A stretch of 64,000 nt of DNA from Trueperaceae bacterium (GTDB lineage Bacteria > Deinococcota > Deinococci > Deinococcales > Trueperaceae): NCBI GenBank assembly GCA_036381035.1, contig DASVDQ010000024.1, forward strand, positions 97,742 through 161,741. Reading direction: 5' to 3'. Shown here piece after piece: positions 47,070 through 57,358 of the stretch. Made by a program: the position numbers and the translations under genes. Below the pieces are notes generated by a model. It had not been told where the DNA came from. It saw only the letters and a program-made list of their open reading frames with translations, and made no database searches. Numbering within the stretch: the stretch's first letter is position 1; each line of letters opens with the position of its first letter.

Positions 47070-47627
47070 ATGATCAGCGTCACAGACCTGCGCAGCGGCA
47101 CCAAGGTCGAGATGGACGGCGGCCTCTGGGAGGTCATCGACTACCAGCACCAGAAGATCGGCCGCGGCGGCGCGAAGATGGTCGCCAAGTTCAGGAACCT
47201 CGAGACGGGCGCGATCGTGGAGCGCTCGTTCAACGCCACCGAGAAGGTGCAGGACATCTTCATCGAGTACCGCACGATGACGTTCCTTTACGCCAACGGC
47301 GACCAGTACACGTTCATGGACAACGAGACCTACGAGCAGCCCACGCTCACGCGCGACCAGATCGGCGACGCCGCGCGGTTCTTGAAGGAGAACGTCGAGG
47401 TGACCGTCGACTACTACCAGGGGCGCCCGCTGAAGGTCACGCTGCCGAACGTCGTCGAGCTGCGCATCACCCAGACCGACCCGGGCGTGCGCGGCGACAC
47501 CGTCTCGGGGGGGTCGAAGCCGGCCGTGCTCGAGACGGGGGCGACCGTGAACGTCCCCCTGTTCATCGAGCAGGGCGAGGTCGTCAGGGTCGACACGCGC
47601 TCCGGCGAGTACCTGGGCAGGGCCTGA
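47070..47627 (+). CDS. efp: Elongation factor P
   Basis: MISVTDLRSGTKVEMDGGLWEVIDYQHQKIGRGGAKMVAKFRNLETG...DPGVRGDTVSGGSKPAVLETGATVNVPLF. This is close to the Thermus and Deinococcus EF-P sequences as I recall them. Confidence 0.95.
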   Translation: MISVTDLRSGTKVEMDGGLWEVIDYQHQKIGRGGAKMVAKFRNLETGAIVERSFNATEKVQDIFIEYRTMTFLYANGDQYTFMDNETYEQPTLTRDQIGDAARFLKENVEVTVDYYQGRPLKVTLPNVVELRITQTDPGVRGDTVSGGSKPAVLETGATVNVPLFIEQGEVVRVDTRSGEYLGRA

Positions 47628-47633
47628 GGCGGC

Positions 47634-48110
47634 ATGCAGACGAGGGAGCTCAAGCGCCTGCTCGACGTCCTCAAGGACACCGACGTCAGCGAGCTGACGC
47701 TGGAGACCGGTGAGTACAAGCTCACGCTCAAGCGCGGTCTCGGCGACGCGAGCGCGGCGCACGCGCCCGGCCCCCAGGCCCCGCGGTCGGACGCCGCGGC
47801 GCCTGCCCCGGAGGAGCGGCCCGCGACGCAGCCGGGCCAGCAGGCGGCCGAGGACGCCGCCGGCGAGCGCCTCGTCGACGTCGTCGCGCCCATCGTCGGC
47901 ACCTTCTACGCCGCGCCGTCCCCCGACGCGCCGCCGTTCGTGAGGGTCGGCGACCGCGTGAAGCCCGGCACCGTCCTCTGCATCATCGAGGCCATGAAGC
48001 TGATGAACGAGATCGAGGCGGAGACGTCCGGCGTCGTCCGCGAGGTCCTCGTGGACAACGGCCAGCCCGTCGAGTACGGGCAGACCCTCTTCCGCATCGA
48101 GCCGGACTGA
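47634..48110 (+). CDS. accB: Acetyl-CoA carboxylase biotin carboxyl carrier protein
   Basis: The biotinyl-lysine motif is CIIEAMKLMNEIEAE, preceded by a Pro/Ala-rich linker. Confidence 0.95.
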   Translation: MQTRELKRLLDVLKDTDVSELTLETGEYKLTLKRGLGDASAAHAPGPQAPRSDAAAPAPEERPATQPGQQAAEDAAGERLVDVVAPIVGTFYAAPSPDAPPFVRVGDRVKPGTVLCIIEAMKLMNEIEAETSGVVREVLVDNGQPVEYGQTLFRIEPD

Positions 48111-48117
48111 GACCCAG

Positions 48118-49455
48118 GTGTTCCGCAAGATCCTCATCGCCAACCGGGGCGAGATCGCCCTCCGCGTCGTGAGGGCCGCCAGGGAGCTGGGCGTGCAGTC
48201 GGTCGTCGTCTACTCGCAGGCCGACGAGAACTCCCTGCCCGTGCTCCTCGCCGACGAGGCCGTGTGCATCGGGCCGCCGCCGGCGGCCAGCAGCTACCTC
48301 AACGTGAGGAACATCCTCGCCGCCGCGCTCGTGACGGGCGCCGAGGCCATACACCCCGGCTACGGCTTCCTGGCCGAGAACGCCGAGTTCGCCGCGAAGT
48401 GTGAGGAGCACAACCTCGTCTTCATCGGCCCGCGTCCGGACAACATCGCCCGCATCGGCGACAAGTCGTCGGCGCGGGCGCTGGCGCAGGAGGCCGGCGT
48501 GCCCGTGACGCCCGGCAGCGGGGCCCTCGCGGACCTCGCCGAGGCCAGGGCGTTCGCCGACCAGGTCGGCTTCCCCCTGATCCTCAAGGCCTCCGCCGGC
48601 GGCGGCGGGCGCGGGATGCGCGTGGTGCAGAGCCAGGCGGACCTCGAGCGGCAGTTCGTCAACGCCCAAGAGGAGGCGAGGGCCGCTTTCGGCAACCCCG
48701 AGCTCTACGTCGAGAAGTACATCGAGGAGCCCAAGCACATCGAGGTCCAGGTCTTCGGCGACGGACGGGGCGAGGTCGTCCAGCTCTTCGAGCGCGACTG
48801 CTCCATCCAGCGGCGCTACCAGAAGCTCCTCGAGGAGGGCCCGTCGCTCCTCGACGACGACCTCAGGGCCCGCATCGCCGAGGCCGCCGTGAGGCTGGCC
48901 AGGCACATCTCCTACCGCGGCGCCGGCACCTGCGAGTTCTTGGTGGACAAGGCCGGCGACTTCTACTTCTCCGAGATGAACACGCGCATCCAGGTGGAGC
49001 ACCCGGTCACCGAGATGATCACGGGCACCGACCTGGTCCAGGAGCAGATCAGGGTGGCCGCCGGCGAGCCCCTGTCGTGGCGCCAGGAGGACCTGCGCGT
49101 GAGCGGGCACGCCATCGAGGTGCGCATCAACGCCGAGGACCCCGAGCACGACTTCAGGCCGATGGCCGGCACGATCACCGACGTCCACTGGCCCGGCGGG
49201 CCGGGCGTGAGGGTCGACTCGCACGTCTACGCCGGCTACCGCATACCGCCGAACTACGACAGCCTGCTCGCCAAGGTCATCGCCTGGGCGCCCACGCGCG
49301 AGCAGGCGCTGAGGCGCATGGAGCGCTGCCTGCGGGAGACCGTGATCGAGGGCGTGAAGACCACGATCCCGTTCCACCTGCGCGTCCTCGACAACGCCTT
49401 CTTCCGTCGCGGGCAGGTGTACACGAACTTCGTCGCGCGTAGGATGAGCTCATGA
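48118..49455 (+). CDS. accC: Acetyl-CoA carboxylase biotin carboxylase subunit
   Basis: FRKILIANRGEIALRVVRA, ATP-grasp motifs (GGGGRGMRVV) and EMNTRIQVEHPVTE. Confidence 0.95.
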   Translation: MFRKILIANRGEIALRVVRAARELGVQSVVVYSQADENSLPVLLADEAVCIGPPPAASSYLNVRNILAAALVTGAEAIHPGYGFLAENAEFAAKCEEHNLVFIGPRPDNIARIGDKSSARALAQEAGVPVTPGSGALADLAEARAFADQVGFPLILKASAGGGGRGMRVVQSQADLERQFVNAQEEARAAFGNPELYVEKYIEEPKHIEVQVFGDGRGEVVQLFERDCSIQRRYQKLLEEGPSLLDDDLRARIAEAAVRLARHISYRGAGTCEFLVDKAGDFYFSEMNTRIQVEHPVTEMITGTDLVQEQIRVAAGEPLSWRQEDLRVSGHAIEVRINAEDPEHDFRPMAGTITDVHWPGGPGVRVDSHVYAGYRIPPNYDSLLAKVIAWAPTREQALRRMERCLRETVIEGVKTTIPFHLRVLDNAFFRRGQVYTNFVARRMSS

Positions 49456-49793
49456 CGGCCGGTGACGGGCTCGACATCTCCACCGACGTCCTCTACGGGA
49501 TCGCCCAGCTCGCGATCGACCAGGTCGAGGGCATCAGGACCGTGCAGCCGCCGGCCAAGGTGGGCGAGATCCTCACGGGCCGCCGGGCCAAGGGCATCGA
49601 GATCGAGCGCGGCGAGGACGGCCTGCGGGCGTCGCTGACGGTGTGCGTCGACTACGGCGTCGAGGTGCCGAAGGTGGCCTCGCAGGCGCAGCGGGCCGTG
49701 CGCGAGGCCGTGGCGTCGATGACGGGCATGAACGTCGTGAGCGTCGACGTGACCGTCGAGGACGTCGAGCTCGCCCCACAGCATGGGGGCTGA
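49452..49793 (+). CDS. Asp23/Gls24-family protein
   Basis: ATGA overlap with accC. The sequence is ISTDVLYGIAQLAIDQVEGI...SLTVCVDYGVEVPKVASQAQRAVREAV. The position between accC and nusB matches the arrangement in Firmicutes. Confidence 0.85.
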   Translation: MTAGDGLDISTDVLYGIAQLAIDQVEGIRTVQPPAKVGEILTGRRAKGIEIERGEDGLRASLTVCVDYGVEVPKVASQAQRAVREAVASMTGMNVVSVDVTVEDVELAPQHGG

Positions 49794-50379
49794 GGCGCCG
49801 CGGGGCTCGCGTCGCGCGCGCGAGCTGGCGTTCCGCACGCTCTTCCAGGCCGAGCGCGGCGCCGACGACCTGCTCGCCGTCTGGTCGGGGGTGCGCGCCG
49901 ACATCGCCGAGGAGCCGGAGGACGCCGGCGACGACCCGTACGGCGACCCCCTCGACAGGGACGCGCTCGAGCTCGCCGACGTACTGCTCAGGTCCTACGC
50001 CGCGGACAGGCCCCGCGTCGACGCCCTGCTGGCCGAGAACATCACGGGCTGGACGTTCGCGCAGATGTCCCAGACGGACCTCAACGTCCTGCGCGTCGCC
50101 GTGACCGAGCTGCTGCACCTCGACACGCCGGCGCCGGTCGTCATCGAGATGGCCGTGAGGGTAGCGAAGCGCTACGGCGGCGACGACTCCGGCCGCTTCG
50201 TCAACGGGGTCCTGGCCAAGGTCGTGCGCTCCCTGCGCGGGTCCCAGGCGGACGACGGCGCACCGGCGGGCGGCGGGCCCGAGCGAGGCGGCGGGGAGGG
50301 CGGCGGTCCGCGGCGTGGCGTCTCCGAGGTTGGGGGCGACGCGGACCCCGAGCCGGAGCCGGGGGGCGGGGCGCGGTGA
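49783..50379 (+). CDS. nusB: Transcription antitermination factor NusB with Gly/Pro/Glu-rich C-terminal tail
   Basis: Motifs: RARELAFRTLFQAE, NVLRVAVTELL and AKRYGGDDSGRFVNGVLAKV. Confidence 0.9.
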   Translation: MGAEAPRGSRRARELAFRTLFQAERGADDLLAVWSGVRADIAEEPEDAGDDPYGDPLDRDALELADVLLRSYAADRPRVDALLAENITGWTFAQMSQTDLNVLRVAVTELLHLDTPAPVVIEMAVRVAKRYGGDDSGRFVNGVLAKVVRSLRGSQADDGAPAGGGPERGGGEGGGPRRGVSEVGGDADPEPEPGGGAR

Positions 50380-51218
50380 GCGCGACGCTGATGGACGGCA
50401 AGGCGGCCTCCGAGGAGGTCGTGGGCGCACTGCAGGTGCGCGTGTCCGCGCTGCCCTTCACGCCGCGCCTCACCTTCGTCCGCGTGGGCGACGACCCGGC
50501 CAGCGCCTACTACGTGCGCTCGAAGGAGCGGCTGGCGCGCCGCGTCGGCATCGCTTCGGACACGCGCGTGCTGCCCGAGGGCACGTCGCAGGGCGAGCTC
50601 CTCGCGCTGGTGGCCGAGCTGAACGAGGACCCAGAGGTCGACGGCGTGCTGGTGCAGCTGCCGGCGCCGGGCGTCGACGAGGCGGCGGTGCTCGCCGCCA
50701 TCGACCCCGCCAAGGACGTCGACGGCCTCCACCCCCTGAACGTGGGGCGTCTGTGGACGGGCCGGCCCGGCCTGCGCCCCGCGACGCCGCTCGGCGTCAT
50801 GGCCCTCGCCGACCGCTACGGTGTGCGGCTGGAGGGGGCGCGCGCCGTGGTCGTCGGCCGGTCGAACCTCGTCGGCAAGCCGCTGGCCGCGATGCTGCTG
50901 GAGCGGCACGCCACGGTGACGCTGGCCCACTCGCGCACCCGCGACCTCGCCTCGCTCTGCCGCGAGGCCGACGTGCTGGTGGCAGCCGTCGGAAGGCCGG
51001 GCCTCGTCACGCCCGAGATGGTCAAGCCGGGCGCCGCCGTCTTCGACGTCGGCCTGAGCCGCGTCGACGGCAGGGTCGTGGGCGACGTCAGCCCCGAGGT
51101 CGCCGACGTGGCCGGCTGGCTCACGCCCATGCCGGGCGGCACCGGGCTGATGACCGTGGCGATGGTCGTGTCCAACACCGTCGAGGCGGCGGTGAGCCGC
51201 CGGGGGCAGGCGGCGTGA
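50376..51218 (+). CDS. folD: Bifunctional 5,10-methylenetetrahydrofolate dehydrogenase/cyclohydrolase
   Basis: Motifs: LMDGKAAS, ASAYYVRSKER, VDGVLVQLP, VVGRSNLVGKPLAAML and TPMPGGTGLMTVAM. GTGA overlap with nusB. Confidence 0.95.
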   Translation: MSATLMDGKAASEEVVGALQVRVSALPFTPRLTFVRVGDDPASAYYVRSKERLARRVGIASDTRVLPEGTSQGELLALVAELNEDPEVDGVLVQLPAPGVDEAAVLAAIDPAKDVDGLHPLNVGRLWTGRPGLRPATPLGVMALADRYGVRLEGARAVVVGRSNLVGKPLAAMLLERHATVTLAHSRTRDLASLCREADVLVAAVGRPGLVTPEMVKPGAAVFDVGLSRVDGRVVGDVSPEVADVAGWLTPMPGGTGLMTVAMVVSNTVEAAVSRRGQAA

Positions 51219-51261
51219 GCCGGCCGGGGGCGGGGGGCGCCGCCGGGGAAGGGCGGCGCGC

Positions 51262-51705
51262 GTGAGCGAGCTCGTGCTCAACGGCCCCCTCATGGCCGCG
51301 CTGCTGGCGACGGTGCTGGCGCAGGTTCTCAAGCTCGTGATCGTGCTCCTCACCGAGCGCCGCCTGCTGCTCTCGCGGCTCCTGGAGACGGGCGGCATGC
51401 CCTCCTCGCACAGCGCCGCGGTGGCGGCGCTGGCCGTGGCGCTGGGGATGGCCTACGGCTGGAACAGCCCCCAGTTCGCCATCGCCGCCGTCTTCGGGTC
51501 GATAGTCATGTACGACGCCACCGGCATCAGGCGCGCCGCCGGCCTCCAGGCCGAGCTGATCAACGAGCTCGTCAGCGAGCTCGCCCACCTCTTCGACGAG
51601 GGCTTCAAGCCGCAGGCGCTGCGGACGCTGCTGGGGCACACCTACCCTCAGGTGCTGGTGGGCGCGCTGCTCGGGGTGGCCGTCGCCGTGGCGTTCGGCG
51701 TCTGA
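51262..51705 (+). CDS. Divergent PAP2-family membrane protein (DUF212/YuiD-like)
   Basis: 147 aa with motifs GGMPSSHSA, YDATGIR and LGHTYPQVLVG. Confidence 0.8.
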   Translation: MSELVLNGPLMAALLATVLAQVLKLVIVLLTERRLLLSRLLETGGMPSSHSAAVAALAVALGMAYGWNSPQFAIAAVFGSIVMYDATGIRRAAGLQAELINELVSELAHLFDEGFKPQALRTLLGHTYPQVLVGALLGVAVAVAFGV

Positions 51706-51759
51706 GGTCCGGGCCCCGCCGCGGTCCCCGGGCGCGGGGTCGTGCGCCCCCCGAGCCCC

Positions 51760-52431
51760 TCACCAAGGCCCCCGCGGCGCGGGAGCGCCCCGGACCGCGC
51801 GCGCCACGACCGCGACCCTGACCTCCGCGGCGCCCGCCGACGCCAGCGCCGCGGCGCAGGACCTGGCGGTGGCGCCCGTCGTGAGGACGTCGTCGACGAG
51901 GAGGACCCTGCCCCGCACCGGGCCCGTCGCCCCGAAGGCGCCGCCGGCGTTCACGGCCCGCGACGCCCGCGACAGGCGCTGCTGGCTGCGCGAGGCCGGC
52001 GAGCGCGCGAGCGCGGGACGGTAGGGGAGGCCCCTCACCCCGGCCACCTCCGCGGCGAGCAGCGCCGCCTGGTCGAAGCCGCGTTCGGCCAGCCGCCGCG
52101 GGGACGCCGGGACGGCCGTCACGAGGTCGGGGGCGAACCCCCAGGCGCCGGTGCGGAGCGCGAGGAGGCCGCCGAGGAGCCGCGCCAGGCGTCTGGCGCC
52201 CGCGTGCTTGAACGCCGTCACGAGACGTTCCCACGGGCCGGCGTAGGGCCCGAGCCAGCAGGTCGCGCCGAGCGGGGGAGGCGACGCCGCCACGGCGTCC
52301 GCGAGCCACGCGCGGCACGGCTCGCAGACCCCGGCGGGTCCGGCCGCGGCGGCCAGGCAGGCGGGGCAGGCCGCGAGCGCGCCCAGCGCCCCTGACGCCG
52401 CGGAGGCGAGGAGCTCGGTGCCGCGGGCCAT
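51760..52431 (-). CDS. ComF-family phosphoribosyltransferase-domain protein
   Basis: Trimmed to ATG 52431, with TAGCCT 7 nt upstream. It has an N-terminal CPAC...CEPC zinc finger and the PRTase motif VLLVDDVLTTGAT. Confidence 0.8.
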   Translation of the reverse strand: MARGTELLASAASGALGALAACPACLAAAAGPAGVCEPCRAWLADAVAASPPPLGATCWLGPYAGPWERLVTAFKHAGARRLARLLGGLLALRTGAWGFAPDLVTAVPASPRRLAERGFDQAALLAAEVAGVRGLPYRPALARSPASRSQQRLSRASRAVNAGGAFGATGPVRGRVLLVDDVLTTGATARSCAAALASAGAAEVRVAVVARAVRGAPAPRGPW

Positions 52432-52616
52432 GGACCGCAGGCTAGCGCCGTCCGCGGGACGGCCGAGCCCCCGGCCGGGCGGCGGACGAGGCGTTCTCGT
52501 CCCGCGCCCCGCCCGTCCCGGCACGGGCCGCGGGCGCCCCGGCCGCGGCGCGGGCGGTGACGGCGGCGGACGACGCCCTCCCGCCGCGAGCCGCGAGAGG
52601 GGCCCCCTCGGGGCCC

Positions 52617-53672
52617 TCAGCGCGAGCGCTCGGCGACCGCGGCCAGCTCGCGGCGCAGCGCGGCGGACGCGCGGGGAGACGGCGCGCCCGCCAGGGCCTC
52701 GTCGAGAGCCGCCAGGCCGGAGGCGGCCAGCCTGCGCGCCACGGCCTGCGCGTGGGCGAGCGAGCCGTGGGCCCGCATCAGCTCGAGCACGCGCAGCGCC
52801 CCCTCGCGCGTGCGCTCCGCGCGCGGACCGGACAGCAGGCGCACCACCTCATCGGCGACCGCGGGCGGCGCCGCGCCCAGCAGGTGCGCGAGCATCAGCG
52901 TGCGCTTGGCCTCGTAGAGGTCGCCCAGCTCCTCCTTGCCGTAGCCCGCCTCGGCCGCGCCGCTCTGCAGGTTCAGCACGTCGTCGCGCACCTGGAAGGC
53001 GGCCCCCAGGTCGAGGCCGGCGCGCGTGAGGTGCGCCGAGGGCTCCCGCCCCGCCAGGATCGCGCCCAGCCGCAGGGGCGACGCGACCGTGTACCAGGCG
53101 GTCTTCAGCGTGACCATGCGCAGGTACTCGTCCTCGCCCACGTCGAAGCGGCCGGTCTCGACCCAGGCGAGGTCGAGGTGCTGGCCGGCCGCGGTGCGGC
53201 TGACCATCGTCCCGAACTCGTCGAGGACCCGCGGGGCCACCCCCGCCCGCGACCCCTCCTCCGGACCCTGTCCCAGGAGGCCGTGGAGCAGCCGCCACAT
53301 GTGCGCGTGCATCGCGTCGCCGACGTTGATGGCCACGGGCACGCCCGCGAGGCGGTGGAGGGTCGGCGCGCCGCGGCGCTCCTCAGAGCCGTCCTCGATG
53401 TCGTCGTGCACGAGGACCCAGGCCTGGAAGAGCTCGACGGCGGCGGCGACCGTGAGCGCGGCGTCCCAGTCGGTCGCGCCGTGCGCGGCCGCCGAGAGGA
53501 CGACCACGCGCCCGCGCAGCGCCTTGCCGGGGCGGCGGGGGTAGTCGCGCTGCAGCGCCGCGAAGCGGTCGAGCTCGGGATGGGGGTCGCCGGAGGGCAG
53601 GGCGGCGAGCATCCGCTCCCTGATCGCGGCCAGGACCGCCTCGCCGTCGAGCGCGTCGAAGCCGGCTGACAT
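52617..53672 (-). CDS. Polyprenyl (geranylgeranyl-type) diphosphate synthase
   Basis: The first Asp-rich motif is LVHDDIEDGSEERRG and the second is FQVRDDVLNL. Confidence 0.85.
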   Translation of the reverse strand: MSAGFDALDGEAVLAAIRERMLAALPSGDPHPELDRFAALQRDYPRRPGKALRGRVVVLSAAAHGATDWDAALTVAAAVELFQAWVLVHDDIEDGSEERRGAPTLHRLAGVPVAINVGDAMHAHMWRLLHGLLGQGPEEGSRAGVAPRVLDEFGTMVSRTAAGQHLDLAWVETGRFDVGEDEYLRMVTLKTAWYTVASPLRLGAILAGREPSAHLTRAGLDLGAAFQVRDDVLNLQSGAAEAGYGKEELGDLYEAKRTLMLAHLLGAAPPAVADEVVRLLSGPRAERTREGALRVLELMRAHGSLAHAQAVARRLAASGLAALDEALAGAPSPRASAALRRELAAVAERSR

Positions 53673-53678
53673 CGCGGT

Positions 53679-53849
53679 TCAGTAGAAGACCGACGTCACG
53701 ACCCAGGTCGCGACGAGGAGCAGGAGCAGGAACACGAGCAGGTACGGGAAAGAGGCGCGGTACGCCTGCCAGATCAGCGCCCTGATGTCCTTCGGCGAGA
53801 GCTGGGGGCGCTCCCCGGACGGCTCCTCGCCTCGGCTCCTCTCGTCCAC
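53679..53849 (-). CDS. Small single-pass membrane protein (56 aa)
   Basis: GTG 53849 has TATCAT 6 nt upstream. The C-terminal TM segment is FPYLLVFLLLLLVATWVVTSVFY. The stop lies 6 nt before the polyprenyl synthase ATG. Confidence 0.5.
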   Translation of the reverse strand: MDERSRGEEPSGERPQLSPKDIRALIWQAYRASFPYLLVFLLLLLVATWVVTSVFY

Positions 53850-53944
53850 GCCGCGATGATAAGGCGCGGCCCGGCCGCCGGGTGCCGGGCCGCGCGTCGG
53901 GGGGTGGGGGAGACGCGTCCGCGGGCCGCGCCGGGCAGCGCCCG

Positions 53945-54948
<1,004 letters not shown>

Positions 54949-54952
<4 letters not shown>

Positions 54953-55962
54953 GCCCTGATCTCCGACTTCAGGTCGAGCTCGTTCCACCTGACGCACCTC
55001 ACCTGATGCCCGTTGCCCGCGTCCTCGAGGGGCGGGATCGCCTCCTTGCAGCGCTCCTGGGCGAAGCGGCAGCGCGGGTGGAACGCGCAGCCCTCGGGCA
55101 GGTCGAGCGGGTTGGGCACGTTGCCCGGGATCGCCTGCAGGCGCTCCTGGTGCTCCGACGCCCTGTCCACGCGGGGGATCGAGTTCATGAGGCCGAGCGT
55201 GTAGGGCATCAGCGGCTCGGCGAAGATCGCGTTCACGTCCGCCTCCTCGACCGCGCGGCCGGCGTACATGACGACGGCGCGGTCGGCGATCTCGGCCACG
55301 ACGCCGAGGTCGTGCGTGATGAACAGGATCGACATGCCGATCTCGTCCTGGAGCTTGCGCATCAGGTCGAGGATCTGCGCCTGGATCGTCACGTCGAGGG
55401 CCGTCGTCGGCTCGTCGGCGATGAGGAGCTTCGGCCCGCAGGAGAGCGCCATCGCGATCATCACGCGCTGGCGCATGCCGCCAGACATCTGGTGCGGGTA
55501 GTTCTTGACGCGCTTGCCCGGCTCGGGGATGCCGACGAGGTCGAGCATCTCCGCGGCCATGCGCATCGCCTCGCGGTAGGTCTTGCCCTGGTGGAGGACG
55601 ATGGCCTCGGCGATCTGGTCGCCGACGGTGTAGACGGGGTTCAGGCTCGTCATCGGCTCCTGGAAGATCATCGAGATGTCGTTCCCGCGGATCTTCCGCA
55701 TCTCGCGTTCCGACTTCTTGACGAGGTCCTGGCCCTCGAACAGGATCTGGCCGCCGGCGATGCGCCCGGGCGGCGTGGGGATCAGCCTCATGACCGACAG
55801 GCTCGTCACCGACTTGCCCGAGCCCGACTCGCCCACGACCGCCAGGGTCTCCCCGCGGTCCAGGTGGAAGCTGACGCCGTCGACGGCCTTGACCGTGCCC
55901 TCGTCGGTGTCGAAGTACGTCTTGAGGTCTATGACCTCCAACAGCCTCTCGCTTCTCGCCAT
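54949..55962 (-). CDS. Oligopeptide/dipeptide ABC transporter ATP-binding protein (OppD/DppD type)
   Basis: Motifs: [25 protein letters not shown] and ADEPTTALD, plus a C-terminal Cys-containing extension. Confidence 0.9.
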
Positions 55963-56124
55963 CTACGCGTACACTCCTCGTCGCGAGACCGCACAGGCCC
56001 TGGCGGCGTCGGCGGCTCGAAAGGGTCGGCTAGAGCGCGCCGGTGGCACCGCGCACGCTACGAGCAAGATAGCCTCGTGGCCGGGATGGAGATACGCCGA
56101 CTCGACCCGGGTGGTAGGAGCGTG

Positions 56125-57351
56125 CTACCTGCGCTTCTTCGGGTCGAAGGCATCGCGTAGACCGTCGCCTACTAGGTTCCAACATAACACGGCCAGGAAG
56201 ATGGGTATGCCGGGGATCAGCAGCCACGGCACGAACTGGATGCTCACGCCGCGCGCCGTGGCGTCCCGCAGCAGCAGGCCCCAGCTCGACGTGTCCACCT
56301 CGCTCGGACCCAGGCCCAGGAACGACAGGCCCGTCTCGGCGAGGATGAAGCCGGGGATCGATAGCGTGAGGTCGACGATCACGTAGCTGGCCGTGGAGGG
56401 GATGAGGTGGCGCCACAGTATGCGCGTCTCGCTGGCGCCGAGCGCCTTGGCGGCGGCGGCGTAGTCGAGCTCGCGGGCGGAGAGGATCAGGCCGCGGATG
56501 ATGCGCGCCAGGCCGCCCCAGCCGACGAGCCCCAGCACCACGACGGTGAGCAGGAACGTCTCGGCCGACGTCATCCTCAGCCCGATGGCCTCGGCCACCG
56601 GGTTGCGCGGGTCGCGCAGCAGCGACGCCAGCACGATCAGCAGGAACAGGCCGGGTATGGCCGCTATCACCTCGACGAGGCGCATGATCAGGTCGTCGAC
56701 GAAGCCCCCGTAGAACCCGGCCAGGCCGCCCATGAGGAGCCCCAGGAACAGCGCGACCCACACCGCGAGGATGCCGATGGTGAGCGACACCTGCCCGCCG
56801 TAGAGCACCCTGGAGAAGACGTCCTTGCCGAGGTTGTTGGTCCCCCACAGGAAGATGCGCGCCGGGTCGTCGACGCCGAAGAGCCTGAGGTCCGACTCCC
56901 AGATGCCGAGGATCTTGTACGGCTGCTCGGGGCGGTGGACGAAGAACCTGATCGGGTACTTGACCGAGGTGTCCTCGACGTAGGTGCGCTGCCGCGTCCG
57001 CGGGTCGCGCTCCTCCTTGACGTCGTACACGAACGGCCGCGTGAGCCGGCCGGTCTCCGGGTCGATCCAGTGGATCTTCGTCGGGGGCCTGAACGCCGCC
57101 ACGGGGGAGCGCCTGTACTCGTTGATCCCGTAGGGCGCCAGGAAGCCGGCGAACACGGCGGTCAGGTACATGACGATGAGCACGCCGCCGCCGATGACCG
57201 CGGCCTTGTGCTTCCTGAACTGCTCCCAGACGATGCGGGCCTGCGACTTGCTGACGCGCTGCGTGGTCTCGCCCGCGTAGCGCTCGTCGACCTGGCCGAG
57301 GGGCTCGGCGCGCGCCGCGTCGATCCGCCGGGTGTCGGGTGCGTCGCTCAT
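56125..57351 (-). CDS. Peptide ABC transporter permease (OppC/DppC type)
   Basis: 408 aa with an N-terminal TM segment followed by an extended loop. The EAA-like region is AAAKALGASETRILWRHLIP. Confidence 0.9.
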   Translation of the reverse strand: MSDAPDTRRIDAARAEPLGQVDERYAGETTQRVSKSQARIVWEQFRKHKAAVIGGGVLIVMYLTAVFAGFLAPYGINEYRRSPVAAFRPPTKIHWIDPETGRLTRPFVYDVKEERDPRTRQRTYVEDTSVKYPIRFFVHRPEQPYKILGIWESDLRLFGVDDPARIFLWGTNNLGKDVFSRVLYGGQVSLTIGILAVWVALFLGLLMGGLAGFYGGFVDDLIMRLVEVIAAIPGLFLLIVLASLLRDPRNPVAEAIGLRMTSAETFLLTVVVLGLVGWGGLARIIRGLILSARELDYAAAAKALGASETRILWRHLIPSTASYVIVDLTLSIPGFILAETGLSFLGLGPSEVDTSSWGLLLRDATARGVSIQFVPWLLIPGIPIFLAVLCWNLVGDGLRDAFDPKKRR

Positions 57352-57358
57352 GGCGCCC

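Noticed and set aside
49440-49445. Reading the TAGGAT box 6 nt upstream of the Asp23 ATG (49452) as another leaderless promoter.
   Set aside because: The box lies inside the accC coding sequence, and the gene is ATGA-coupled to accC. A chance match is at least as likely, so it was not counted among the leaderless cases.
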